A stretch of DNA of 64,000 nt from Alphaproteobacteria bacterium (GTDB lineage: Bacteria; Pseudomonadota; Alphaproteobacteria; UBA828), in contig CBDCQT010000012.1 of the NCBI GenBank assembly GCA_965220745.1, positions 384,001 through 448,000 on the forward strand. Reading direction: 5' to 3'. Of the stretch, positions 50,150 to 59,788 are shown one piece after another; positions within the stretch are counted from its first letter, which is position 1; each line of letters starts with the position of its first letter. The position numbers and the translations under genes are program-made. The notes beneath the pieces are model-generated. The model did no database searches, was not told where the DNA came from, and saw nothing but the letters and a program-made list of their open reading frames with translations.

Positions 50150-51292
50150 CTAACCGCGCTCCTCGATCGGCACGTAGTCGCGCGCCTCGGGCCCGGTATA
50201 GAGCAGGCGCGGGCGGATCAGGATGTTGTTCTCCAGCTGCTCCATCGCCTGCACGGTCCAGCCCGGAATGCGGCCGATGGCGAAGATCGGCACGAACAGA
50301 TCCTCCGGGATCCCGTGCAGGTAGTAGACGACACCAGCATAGAAATCGACGTTCACGTTGACGCCGTGCCGAGCGTAGGGGCTCATCGCCTCCACCAGCG
50401 CTTCCAGGATCGCGTGCCAGTGGGGCTCCCCCATCTCCTCGGAGAGCCGCCTGACGCCTTCGCGCATGTGCCTGGCTCTGGGGTCCTCGGCCCGGTAGAC
50501 CCGATGGCCGAAGCCCATGATCGGCTCGCGCGCCTTGCGCTTCGCCTTGACGTAGCCCGCCGCCCTGGCCGGATCGCCGATCTCCTTCGCCATGCGCATC
50601 ACGTTCTCCGCCGCGCCGCCGTGCGCAGGGCCGGAGAGCGCGGCCACCGCCGCGGTGATGCCCGCATGCAGGTTCGCATCGGTGCTGACCACGACCCGCG
50701 CGGTGAAGGACGACGCGTTGGAGCCGTGCTCGGCGTGCAGCACCATGTCGGTGTCCATCAGCGCGCAGGCATCTGCGCTCGGCGTCTCGCCCTTGAGCAT
50801 GTAGAGGAAGTTCGCGGCATGGCCGAGGTCGGTGCTTGCCGGCACCGGTCCGCGGTCGTGGCGGATGTGGTGGTGCGCGGTCACGATCATCGGCACCTGC
50901 GAGGTGAGCCGGATGCCCTTGCGCCGGGTCGCTTCCAGCGAGTTGTCGCCAGTCTCGGGATCGTAGGCGGCGAGCGCGGACACCGCGGTCCGCAGCACGT
51001 CCATGGGGTGCGAGTCCTTGACTGCGCGGATGATGTCGTGGATCGCGCTGGGCAGAACGCGCGCTTCCTTCAGTGCGGCGTCGAAGGCGTCGAGCTCGGA
51101 CCGCGTCGGAAGTTCGCCGTTGAGCAGGAGGTAGGTAGTCTCCTCGAAGGACGAGTGCTGAGCCAGATCGTGGATGGAGTACCCGCGATAGCGAAGCTCG
51201 CCGGCCCGGCCGTCGATCAGCGTGGTCGGCGAGCGGTCGAAACACAGGTCCTTCAGGCCGCGATGCACCTCGGGCTGGTTCGCATCCGACAT
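50150..51292 (-). CDS. Citrate synthase family protein (short type)
   Basis: L.YRGY, HAEH..NASSF, GPAHGGA, GFGHRVY..EDPR, NVDFY. Confidence 0.93.
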   Translation of the reverse strand: MSDANQPEVHRGLKDLCFDRSPTTLIDGRAGELRYRGYSIHDLAQHSSFEETTYLLLNGELPTRSELDAFDAALKEARVLPSAIHDIIRAVKDSHPMDVLRTAVSALAAYDPETGDNSLEATRRKGIRLTSQVPMIVTAHHHIRHDRGPVPASTDLGHAANFLYMLKGETPSADACALMDTDMVLHAEHGSNASSFTARVVVSTDANLHAGITAAVAALSGPAHGGAAENVMRMAKEIGDPARAAGYVKAKRKAREPIMGFGHRVYRAEDPRARHMREGVRRLSEEMGEPHWHAILEALVEAMSPYARHGVNVNVDFYAGVVYYLHGIPEDLFVPIFAIGRIPGWTVQAMEQLENNILIRPRLLYTGPEARDYVPIEERG

Positions 51293-51359
51293 GACTCTTC
51301 GCCTTTCGCCAGTTGGAGATCGAATCGTAGCCGACAGGGCCGGCCAGACAATCGCCTGC

Positions 51360-52229
51360 TTAGCCGAGCCTTGTCTGAAGCGCCCGTCCGACCCCCGACG
51401 GCGTGTCGAGCACCGCGACCCCGACCGCTTCGAGCGCCCTGCGCTTCGATGCGTAGGTGCCCTTGTCGCCCATCACGATGGCGCCGGCGTGTCCCATCTT
51501 CTTGCCAGGCGGCGACGCGGCTCCCGCGACGAAGGCCACGACAGGCTTGGTCATACCTCGCGCGTATTCCGCCGCGTCCTCCTCCATCGTCCCGCCGATC
51601 TCGCCGATCACCACGACCGCGTCGGTGCGCTCGTCGGCGTCCAGAGCCTGCAACGCGTCGCGGGTGGTCGTTCCGACGATCGGGTCGCCGCCGATCCCTA
51701 TGAAGGCAGACTGCCCGAATCCCGCCTGTACGAGGTTGAGACAGACCAAGGTGCCGAGGCTGCCGCTACGGGAGATCACGCCCACGCGGCCGGGCCGGAA
51801 GACGTCGGCCTCGAACGCCGGCATGAAGCCGACGAAGCACTCGCCGGGGGTGACCAGGCCGGCGGTGTTGGGCCCGACGACGGCAGCGCCGTTGGTCCGC
51901 GCCATTGCCAGCAGTTCCATCACGTCCTGCACCGGAACGTGCTCGGTGAGCACGACGAGGCGTGCACATCCGGCCTCGATCGCGTCCTGGGCCGCTGCCT
52001 TCACCCCGAGCGGAGGGATGAAGAGGACCGACACGTCGAACCCGGTCTCGCGCATCGCCTCGCCGGCGCTCGCGTAGACCGGCACGCCGAGATACCGGAT
52101 CCCGGATTTCTTCGGGTTGATCCCGGCCACGATGCGCGTGCCGTAGTTCTGCATGCGCCCGGTCCAGTAGGTGCCCTGCTTGCCGGTGATACCCTGAACC
52201 AGCACACGGTCTGCGCCCCGCACGATCAT
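51360..52229 (-). CDS. SucD-like ADP-forming CoA ligase alpha subunit (probable sulfoacetate-CoA ligase)
   Basis: VQGITGKQG, GPNTAG, SRSGSL, GIGGDP, GEIGG, MGHAGA phospho-His. Confidence 0.88.
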   Translation of the reverse strand: MIVRGADRVLVQGITGKQGTYWTGRMQNYGTRIVAGINPKKSGIRYLGVPVYASAGEAMRETGFDVSVLFIPPLGVKAAAQDAIEAGCARLVVLTEHVPVQDVMELLAMARTNGAAVVGPNTAGLVTPGECFVGFMPAFEADVFRPGRVGVISRSGSLGTLVCLNLVQAGFGQSAFIGIGGDPIVGTTTRDALQALDADERTDAVVVIGEIGGTMEEDAAEYARGMTKPVVAFVAGAASPPGKKMGHAGAIVMGDKGTYASKRRALEAVGVAVLDTPSGVGRALQTRLG

Positions 52230-53371
52230 TGTGTGGCCCTCGCGTCGCGGGCCGCCCCGATCGCGGCGACGATTGCAAGGTCCATCGTCTCGAAGGGGGT
52301 CACGCCGCGCCGTTCGCGCAGCATCGCCTGCGCCTCGGCCGAGCCTGTGCCCCGCACGCTGAAGAAGACCGGAATGGTCGGCTCGAGCGCCTCCCAGGCG
52401 TCGAGCAGGCCGGCGGTCATTACGTCGGTGCGCGCGAACGCGCCGCAGAAGTTCACCAGGAGACAACTGACCTTGGGGTTGTCGAGCACGAGCTCCAACG
52501 CCGGCCTGGCCTTGGTGTACGCCGCGCCGCCGACTTCCAGGAAGTTCGCCGGCCTCCCGCCGTGGTGCGTGATGACGTCCATGGTGGTCATGGTGAGCCC
52601 GGCACCGTTGGCGAGCACGCCGATGTCGCCGTCGAGCTCGATGTACCGCAACCCGAGGGCTTGCCCCCGCGCCTCCAGCGTGGTGAGTGTCTCGGGGCTC
52701 CCCGTGCTGGCGAGATCCCGCCTGCGCTGAATCCCGGAATCGTCGAGAACGAACTTGCAGTCGAGCGCGACCAGCCGCCCGTCCGCAAGCCGGGCCAGAG
52801 GATTCACCTCGAGCAACTCGGCGTCGTTCTCGCGGTAGGCGCGATAGAGCGCGGCTAGGGTCTCGGCGAGCGGTTCCTCGTCGCTGCCGAGGCCAAGGCC
52901 ACCCAACATCGCGCGCGCAGCGTCGAGGTCGAAACCTCGCAGGATGTCGACAGGTGCCTGCCGCAGACGATCCGGCTGCGACGCTGCGATCTCCTCAACG
53001 TCCATACCGCCGTCGGACGAGACCATCACCAGCGGCCCCTTGGACGCCGCGTCGTTCAAGACCGCTGCGTAGTACTCGGCCGCGATCTGCACCCGCTCCT
53101 CGACCAGCACCGACGCCACCCGATGCCCCGCGATCTCCATGTCGAGGATCGCGCTCGCGGCGTCATGGGCGGCCTGGGGATCGTCCGCCGTGCGGATGCC
53201 GCCGGCCTTGCCGCGCTTGCCCGCCGGCACCTGGGCCTTGACCACCACCGGCACCCCGAGCGTTGCCGCCGCGGCCTCAGCCTCGCCGGCGATCCGGGCC
53301 AGCTGCCCGCGCGGGATCGCGATCCCCGCCGCCTGCAGCAGCGGCTTTGCCGCATGCTCCTCGAAGTTCAC
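52226..53371 (-). CDS. SucC-like ADP-forming CoA ligase beta subunit (probable sulfoacetate-CoA ligase)
   Basis: KAQV..G.RGKAGG, EVNPL, NGAGLTM.TMD, PANFLEVGG. Confidence 0.88.
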   Translation of the reverse strand: MNFEEHAAKPLLQAAGIAIPRGQLARIAGEAEAAAATLGVPVVVKAQVPAGKRGKAGGIRTADDPQAAHDAASAILDMEIAGHRVASVLVEERVQIAAEYYAAVLNDAASKGPLVMVSSDGGMDVEEIAASQPDRLRQAPVDILRGFDLDAARAMLGGLGLGSDEEPLAETLAALYRAYRENDAELLEVNPLARLADGRLVALDCKFVLDDSGIQRRRDLASTGSPETLTTLEARGQALGLRYIELDGDIGVLANGAGLTMTTMDVITHHGGRPANFLEVGGAAYTKARPALELVLDNPKVSCLLVNFCGAFARTDVMTAGLLDAWEALEPTIPVFFSVRGTGSAEAQAMLRERRGVTPFETMDLAIVAAIGAARDARATQ

Positions 53372-53407
53372 GTTGGTCGGTTCCGAATCGTGCGGGCGCT
53401 GCTTTGC

Positions 53408-54829
53408 CTACTTCCCGTACTTCTCCCAGTAGGCGCCGAACAGCGCCTCCTCGCTGGGCCTGTCCTGGGTGATCGGTACCGCGAGATGGGTGATGTTGAG
53501 GAAGTGCCGGTAGTTGAGGTTCTCGCTGATGCTGTTGCCCTGCCATGTCCCACAGCCCATGGAGAGCGTGAAGTTGAGCCCGCTGTCGAAGCCGCCGCCA
53601 TTGCCGAAGGTGTGCGCCATGTTTACCAGCACGCGGGCGGTGTCGAGCTCCTCGGCAAGCCGGCGGGCATGCGCCATCTCCTGCGTGTGAATGCCGACGG
53701 AGTGGCCGCGGCCCTTGACCGCCATGATCGCGCGGACCTTGTCCACGGCATCGTCGAAGCTCTTCGCGCGATAGACGGTCAGCACGAGGGCGAGCTTCTC
53801 GTCGGAAAACGGATGCTTAGAACCGATCCCGGTCTCCTCGACCATGAAGAACCTCGCGTCACCCACCTTGTCGTCGAGGCTGCATTCTGCCGCAAGAACT
53901 TCGAAGTCCTTCGCGATCACACTACGGTTGAGCTTGCCGCCCACCCAGAGGGTGTCCCGGATCGCGTCCTTTTCCGCCGAATTCGCCAGATAGCCGCCGG
54001 CGCGTTCCAGCGCGGCCACCGCGTCATCGTACACGTCATCCAGGATGATGACCGCGTTCTCAGAGGAGCACGACGTGGCGTTGTCGAAGCACTTCGACGC
54101 GGCAATCTTCGCCGCTGCCTCGCTCAACTTTGCGCTGGAATCGATGATGACCGGGACGTTCCCTGCGCCGACCCCGATCGCCGGCGTTCCGCTACGGTAG
54201 GCGGCACGCACATTGCTCTGCGAGCCGGTGACGACCACGAGATCGCAGGCCGCCATCAGCGCGTTGGTGATCGCCTTGTCCACGGGCGGCGGCAGCACCT
54301 GAACGAGATCCGCCGGCGCCCCGATCTTCTCCAGCTCTGCCCGCATCAGCGCCACCGCGCGGGTGGTCGTCGGGAGGCCCGCCGGTGACGGCGCAATGAC
54401 GATCGCGTTGCGGCCCTTGATCGCCATCATCGCCTTGTTCACCGGGGTTGCCGCGGGGTTGGTGGAGGGCGTCACCGCACCGACCACGCCGACCGGCTTC
54501 GCGTACTTCACCAAGCCGAGTTCCGGCTGCTCCTCGATGATGCCGACGCTCTTCACCCGCATGAGGTCGCGCAGCGTGCCGAAGGTCTTGCGCTGGTTCT
54601 TGATTACCTTATCCGCGGTGTTGCCGAGGCCGGTGTCCTCCACCGCCATCGCAGCAAGGGCCTCGGCGTGTTCCGGCTTGTAGAGCGACCACGCCAGCGC
54701 GGTCACCGCCTCGTCCACCCGCGCCTGATCCGAGGCCGCGAAGGCCTCCATGGCCGCGCGCCCGCGCCGGACCAGGGAATCGACGATCGCGACCGGGTCG
54801 CGCCCGAAGAGTTCGGCAGGCTGGCTCAT
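53408..54829 (-). CDS. sauS: Acylating sulfoacetaldehyde dehydrogenase
   Basis: KN.RKT.G.LRDL, PSTNPAATP, SK.FDNATSCSSEN, NGGGFDSGL.F.LSMGCGTW; next to xsc and a CoA ligase. Confidence 0.82.
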   Translation of the reverse strand: MSQPAELFGRDPVAIVDSLVRRGRAAMEAFAASDQARVDEAVTALAWSLYKPEHAEALAAMAVEDTGLGNTADKVIKNQRKTFGTLRDLMRVKSVGIIEEQPELGLVKYAKPVGVVGAVTPSTNPAATPVNKAMMAIKGRNAIVIAPSPAGLPTTTRAVALMRAELEKIGAPADLVQVLPPPVDKAITNALMAACDLVVVTGSQSNVRAAYRSGTPAIGVGAGNVPVIIDSSAKLSEAAAKIAASKCFDNATSCSSENAVIILDDVYDDAVAALERAGGYLANSAEKDAIRDTLWVGGKLNRSVIAKDFEVLAAECSLDDKVGDARFFMVEETGIGSKHPFSDEKLALVLTVYRAKSFDDAVDKVRAIMAVKGRGHSVGIHTQEMAHARRLAEELDTARVLVNMAHTFGNGGGFDSGLNFTLSMGCGTWQGNSISENLNYRHFLNITHLAVPITQDRPSEEALFGAYWEKYGK

Positions 54830-55208
54830 CGTCGGTGTCGCTCCTCGAGTCTCGGAATATCTCGCCGAAGCCTGAACTTGGTGCAGGTTCCGGCTTTGAA
54901 TCAAGCATCTTACGTGCAGAGCGGCAGTCGTGCAGCAGGGTACGCGAATCCGCCGGACGAGATATTCCTGGTCGAAACTTGCTGTGATCCCTAGTCAATT
55001 CAGCTGCTCAAGCGTGACGACGACCGATGGCCCGACATCGGGATGCCGGAGCTAAACGGGCTTCACTACGACCCAGAACCGTCGGACCTGCCGGGCATTC
55101 CCGAATGACTGGCGACCATTCTCCGGCAGAGCCGCTGACGTGTTGATCGCCGACATCGATGGTGAAACTCGAACCGGGAACACAATCACCGAATGGTATC
55201 CAAATGGG

Positions 55209-55605
55209 GTGCGCCAGGCGAACTCTGGCGTGGATGGCCGGTGAAAGCCCGGTGAAGGGAAGGTGTAACGAGCCACTCTTTCTTGCCCTCGAGCCGTGCA
55301 TCGGGTCCCGCGAGGGATCAGGTGAAGCGTCGGTAGAGGCGCGTGTGGGCAGGGCTAATGAGCACCGAAAGATTTGTAATTCGGAGTGCCGAGGTTTTCC
55401 CATATGCCGAAGGCAACACTGGCCGTCCAATTTCGTGAGGGCGGTAGGGCTCCGCGGTGTCTGAGAACCCATGCACGCATGCAAGTCCACTCGGGGGACC
55501 TGGGAGGTCTCCATGCCATCCCGCCGTCGTGGCGGGATCGCTGAGGAAAGGAGGAATCCGTAACCGAAGATGGACGGCATGGAGAAGTCAGACTCGGCCA
55601 TAGTA
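55209..55605 (+). ncRNA. Group II intron 5' fragment (domains I to about III); no RT ORF or domains V/VI
   Basis: Starts GTGCG; GAGCCGTG..GCGAG..GTGAAGCGT, TGAGC..CGAAA, GTGCCGA..GAAGGCAACA, GGGAGGTC, GGAGAAGTCAGAC..CATAGTA, then an abrupt break. Confidence 0.8.
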
Positions 55606-56324
55606 ATTGATCGGCTGCCTCTTTCACTACGTGCTTCGCTTACGATGAGACACGTCATATAGTGGGTCGCTCGACGGGAACAACAGGAAGTAGCGTCAAG
55701 TCGGGCGCTACACTTGATCGATGCGCCTTCCTGAATGGCAAGGTAGGGCGGTATAGCGCCCATTCGAAACCGTTTGAGACCGTTGAGATAATCGAGGCGC
55801 CGGAAGATGGTGGCGAGGCACTCCGATTCAGCGGGGATGGGCTGCCGGATGATGAGGGCTGTTTCGGCGAAGGCCATGCGAACGACCATGAGCGCCATCA
55901 ATGTGCAGACCGGGTGCGAGAGCGCCGGCTCAAGCAACGGTCCGGGGGCGTGGCGCGGACAATGGGCGTCTGTCGACGCAGTGGCGAGACGCATGGAAGG
56001 GCGTTGGCCAAGAGGGGAGAGTGGAGCGCAAGCGATGCCGGAGCGGAGCGACGCATCGCCAGGCGCGACACGATGCGGGAGGGGCCGATGCAGGAACAGA
56101 GCGCGATGGCGCGGAGCGCCGAGCGCTGGACGGCGAGCCGTGGCCGGCGCAACGCACTTTTAACTATAGGGGGAGGCGGCGGGGCATTCGGCGACGGTGC
56201 GCATAACCGGGCCGAAGCGTCTAGCGTCACGACACTCGGGACTGGCGCGAACGACGAAGGCGCGCATGCGCCGAGTTGGGCGCGAGGCCGGAGTGGATCG
56301 CGGCTCATCACAGGCTGAGGATTG

Positions 56325-57040
56325 GAGCGTGAACGCCCGGGTGCGCTGACGGGTGCCGTCGCCCAGGATCCGCGCCACCGCCAGCGTCGTGTTGTCATAG
56401 AGGGGCGAGCGCGGGATCCCGCCGAGGAAAGCGAAGGCGCTGACGTGTCCGTCGAGGAAGGCCTCCGTCGTCTCCCGCGGATAGGCCTTGACGAACCACA
56501 CGTCGGAATGGGGCAGGATCAGGCAGAAGATAGCGACCTTCTCGCGAATGCCCCGACCTCGACTGTCGCCTCGCTGAAGTCGACCTGGGCATGGCCGGGC
56601 GGGTGATGCAGCGGAACGAAGGCCTCGCACGTCGTCTGGCGGTGGGCCCGGACATAGTCCTTCACGATCGTGTAGCCGCCGCTGAACCCGTGCTCGTCCC
56701 GAAGCCGCTCGAAGATCCGATGCACCGTGTGCCGCTGCTTGCGCGGAACCTCCGGATCGGCGTCCGCCTCCAGGATCGCATCGATGATCCCGGTGAACCC
56801 GTCCAGCTTCGGACGCCGCACAGGTTTCGTCCGGCGGTCGATCCCGAACCGCCGACCGGTCTCATGATGGCTCAGACCTTCCTCGGCAACCGCTAGCCGA
56901 ACCGCCGCATAAAGCTCCACGCCGCACATCTCCCGCCCCGTGCCCGAACAGACAAGGCACCATGGATGGCGCATTTTCGCGCCGCCGCGACCGGACCGAC
57001 CGGCCGCTCCGCGTGGAGCATTATTCAGCCGCTGTTAACA
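56325..57040 (-). mobile_element. istA: IS21-family remnant with degraded istA (ATG at 56929)
   Basis: Left end TGTTAACAGCGGCTGAATAATGCTCCA; PRKQRHT..RIFERLRDEHG..GGY..V, GHAQVDF, YDN; internal deletion, frameshift near 56550, truncated. Confidence 0.88.
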
Positions 57041-57400
57041 CCGTCTGCACCACAGTCTGGTGCGGATTGCGGAGCGCACGGCGGAAACGGAAGCGGAGGA
57101 AGCGGTGCTGACGCGCATTCGCACTGCGCTCGCCGATCCGCCCCGGGGGCAGTCGGACTTCCCAGGGCAGTGTTGGGCGAAGGCTCTCGGCTCCAATCGA
57201 TCGTCTCCAGCCAGTCGAGCGCCAGGGTTCGTCGCAAATGGTGCCGATCGGCGTGCGGGACGTCTGCGCTCCCCGGTGCGGCAATCGACTGGTTCTCCGC
57301 GCTCAACGCCTACCCTAGGGTACGGAACCGGGGCTATCCTGCTGCTCGGAGCGCCGGGGCCACAACCGCATCTAGTCTTGGACACTCTGGAAGTCATGAT

Positions 57401-58057
57401 ATGACGACGCAAAATCTCGTCCTCTGGGGCGCGGGCACGATGCGGACCCACCGCACCCTGTGGCTCGCCGAAGAACTGGGCCTCGACTACGAGCACCGCC
57501 CGATCGGCCCGCGCACCGGCGAGACCAGGACCGCCGATTTCCTGGCCATCAACCCGCGGCACAAGATCCCGGCAATGGTCCACGGCGATATCTGCCTGAC
57601 CGAGAGCGCCGCGATCATGACCTACATGACCGAGACCTTTCCGGTGCCTGACCATGTCTATGTGCCCGACGACGCGCTCGGGCGGGCGCGGCTGCTCGAA
57701 TGGTGCTTCTTCGCCATGAGCGAGCTCGACGCCAATGCGATCTACAGCATCCGGCGCCACGGCGACCTGGTCGAGATATACGGCGCCTCGCCGATCGCCG
57801 TCCGCGCGGCGATCGAGTATTTCGACCACCAGCTCGAATGCATGGAGGAACGGATCGCCGGGGCCGGCCCGTTCCTGATGGGGGAGAAGATCAGCGTCGC
57901 CGACATTCTCTTCATGTCCTGCCTGGATGCCGCCGAGCACTACGAGCTCGCCTTGCCGGACTGGCTGCGCGACTACCGCATCCGCATGCGAGCGCGCCCG
58001 GCCTATGCGGAGACCTATCCGCGCAACTACGGCGGGCGCAGCGCGCCGAAGGTCTGA
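57401..58057 (+). CDS. Glutathione S-transferase family protein
   Basis: W..EELGLDYE, FLAINPRHKIP, LTESAAI, FLMGE.ISVADI. Confidence 0.9.
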   Translation: MTTQNLVLWGAGTMRTHRTLWLAEELGLDYEHRPIGPRTGETRTADFLAINPRHKIPAMVHGDICLTESAAIMTYMTETFPVPDHVYVPDDALGRARLLEWCFFAMSELDANAIYSIRRHGDLVEIYGASPIAVRAAIEYFDHQLECMEERIAGAGPFLMGEKISVADILFMSCLDAAEHYELALPDWLRDYRIRMRARPAYAETYPRNYGGRSAPKV

Positions 58058-58060
58058 GCC

Positions 58061-59248
58061 ATGCCCGGCCCGCTCGAAGGCGTCCGCGTCCTCGATCTGA
58101 CGACCATGGTCTCCGGCCCGGTGGCGACCATGATGCTCGCCGATCAGGGCGCCGACGTGATCAAGATCGAAGCGCCGGCCGGCGACATCATGCGCCAGTA
58201 CGGTGTCGTCCACCGCGGCATGTCCGCCACCTTCCTGTCCTGCAACCGCTCGAAGCGCTCGCTCTGCGTCGACCTCAAGACCGCCGAGGGCCTCGCCATC
58301 GTGCGCAAGCTCGCCGCGACCGCCGATGTGCTGGTGCAGAACTTCCGCCCCGGCGCGATCGAGCGCATGGGGCTCGGCGAGGACATCGTTCGCGACCTCA
58401 AGCCCGACATCGTCTACGTCTCGATCAGCGGCTTCGGCGAGTCGCGGCCCTATGCCCACCAGCGCGTCTACGATTCGGTCATCCAGGCGCTTTGCGGACT
58501 CTGCGACATTCAGACCAATAACGAGACGGGGCGCCCGCACATGGTGCGCACCATCGTTCCCGACAAGACGACATCTTTGACAGCGGCGCAGGCGATCACT
58601 GCGGCGCTGTTTGCGCGCGAACGCACCGGTGAGGGCCAGCACGTCCGCCTCGCCATGCTCGACACCATGGTCGCCTACCTGTGGCCGGAGGCGAGCGCGC
58701 CGCTCACCTTTCTCGACAACGAGCAGGACCCGGCGCAGGAGCAAGCGGGGCCCGATCTGATCTTCCGCACCGCCGACGGCTATATCACCGCGGCCGCCGT
58801 CTCGGACGCGGAATGGGCGGGGATGTGCCGCGCTTTCGGCCGCGAGGAGCTGACCCTGGACCCGCGCTTCAGGACCGCCGCCGCGCGCGGCCACAACCGG
58901 ACCGAGCGCCGGACCATCATGAACCGGGAGATCGCCAAGTGGCCGACGGCGGAAATCCTCGCGCGTCTCGACCGCGAGACCGTGCCCGCCGCGCCGGTGC
59001 TGAGCCGCGCCGAGGTGATCGCGGACGCCCAGGTGGTCGAGAACGGGATCATCGAAGTGCGCGAGGCCCCCGATCTCGGCCGGGTGCGCCAGCCCAGGCC
59101 GGCGGCCCGTTTCGCCGAGACCCCGGCGGAGATCCGGTCCATCGCGCCCTGGCTCGGCGCCGACAACGCGGCGATCCTGGCAGAGCTCGGCTACGACGAA
59201 GCCGACATCGCGCGTCTCGCCGAAGACCAGGTGGTGCATCGGCAGTAG
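58061..59248 (+). CDS. CaiB/BaiF class III CoA-transferase
   Basis: PLEGVRVLDL, LAD.GADVIKIE, NR.KRS, DV.V.NFRPG, SISGFG, AP.LG. Confidence 0.94.
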   Translation: MPGPLEGVRVLDLTTMVSGPVATMMLADQGADVIKIEAPAGDIMRQYGVVHRGMSATFLSCNRSKRSLCVDLKTAEGLAIVRKLAATADVLVQNFRPGAIERMGLGEDIVRDLKPDIVYVSISGFGESRPYAHQRVYDSVIQALCGLCDIQTNNETGRPHMVRTIVPDKTTSLTAAQAITAALFARERTGEGQHVRLAMLDTMVAYLWPEASAPLTFLDNEQDPAQEQAGPDLIFRTADGYITAAAVSDAEWAGMCRAFGREELTLDPRFRTAAARGHNRTERRTIMNREIAKWPTAEILARLDRETVPAAPVLSRAEVIADAQVVENGIIEVREAPDLGRVRQPRPAARFAETPAEIRSIAPWLGADNAAILAELGYDEADIARLAEDQVVHRQ

Positions 59249-59788
59249 CCGTGACCCTCATGAGAAATGCGGGGGAGCAGCGCACCACCGGCTCGACGGT
59301 GCTTCTCCCGTTTGCGTGACGCGCTTCCGGAGAAACTCCACTTCGGCATGTCGAAGAACGACCGCAGATAAAGCGCGTACACCTACAGCACTGGCACCAC
59401 GGATACCAACTGACGGCGAGTCTCGCCGTCGATCGCAGTGGCCGGAGCGTTGCAGATTCGGCAACGTAGAGCACGGAAAACAGCAATTCCGTTGAACACC
59501 ACCACGGGACTACGATCTCTCCAGCAGCGGGTGATCAGACACGATTCAAACGTCGACTGTCGCTTGCCGTCGCGTACGACCGAAGGCGGGAAAGTCCTGC
59601 GAAACGACGCCTGAACCGCTGGGCCCGGTCACCTGCATCGGAAAGTCAAAAGGGGGACGGTGAGGACAAGACGCCGGTGCCTCGCAGCCATAGGCGAGAA
59701 CGAAGCGCGCGGGCGCTCCAAAGAAGGTTAGCGGGACGGAAGTCGCGTACTTCGCGTGAAACCACATTGCCACTCGGGAGGTCTAGTC

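Noticed and set aside
51360-53371. Calling the SucC/SucD-like pair the TCA-cycle succinyl-CoA synthetase
   Set aside because: Divergent sequence, no mdh or sucAB neighbours, and co-transcribed with sauS beside xsc.
55141-55160. TGTTGATCGCCGAC resembling an IS21 terminus
   Set aside because: No internal repeat or partner end follows; the region reads more like decayed coding sequence.
55606-56324. Several short ORFs between the intron fragment and the IS21 remnant
   Set aside because: No recognisable domain or consistent start signals; probably decayed sequence.
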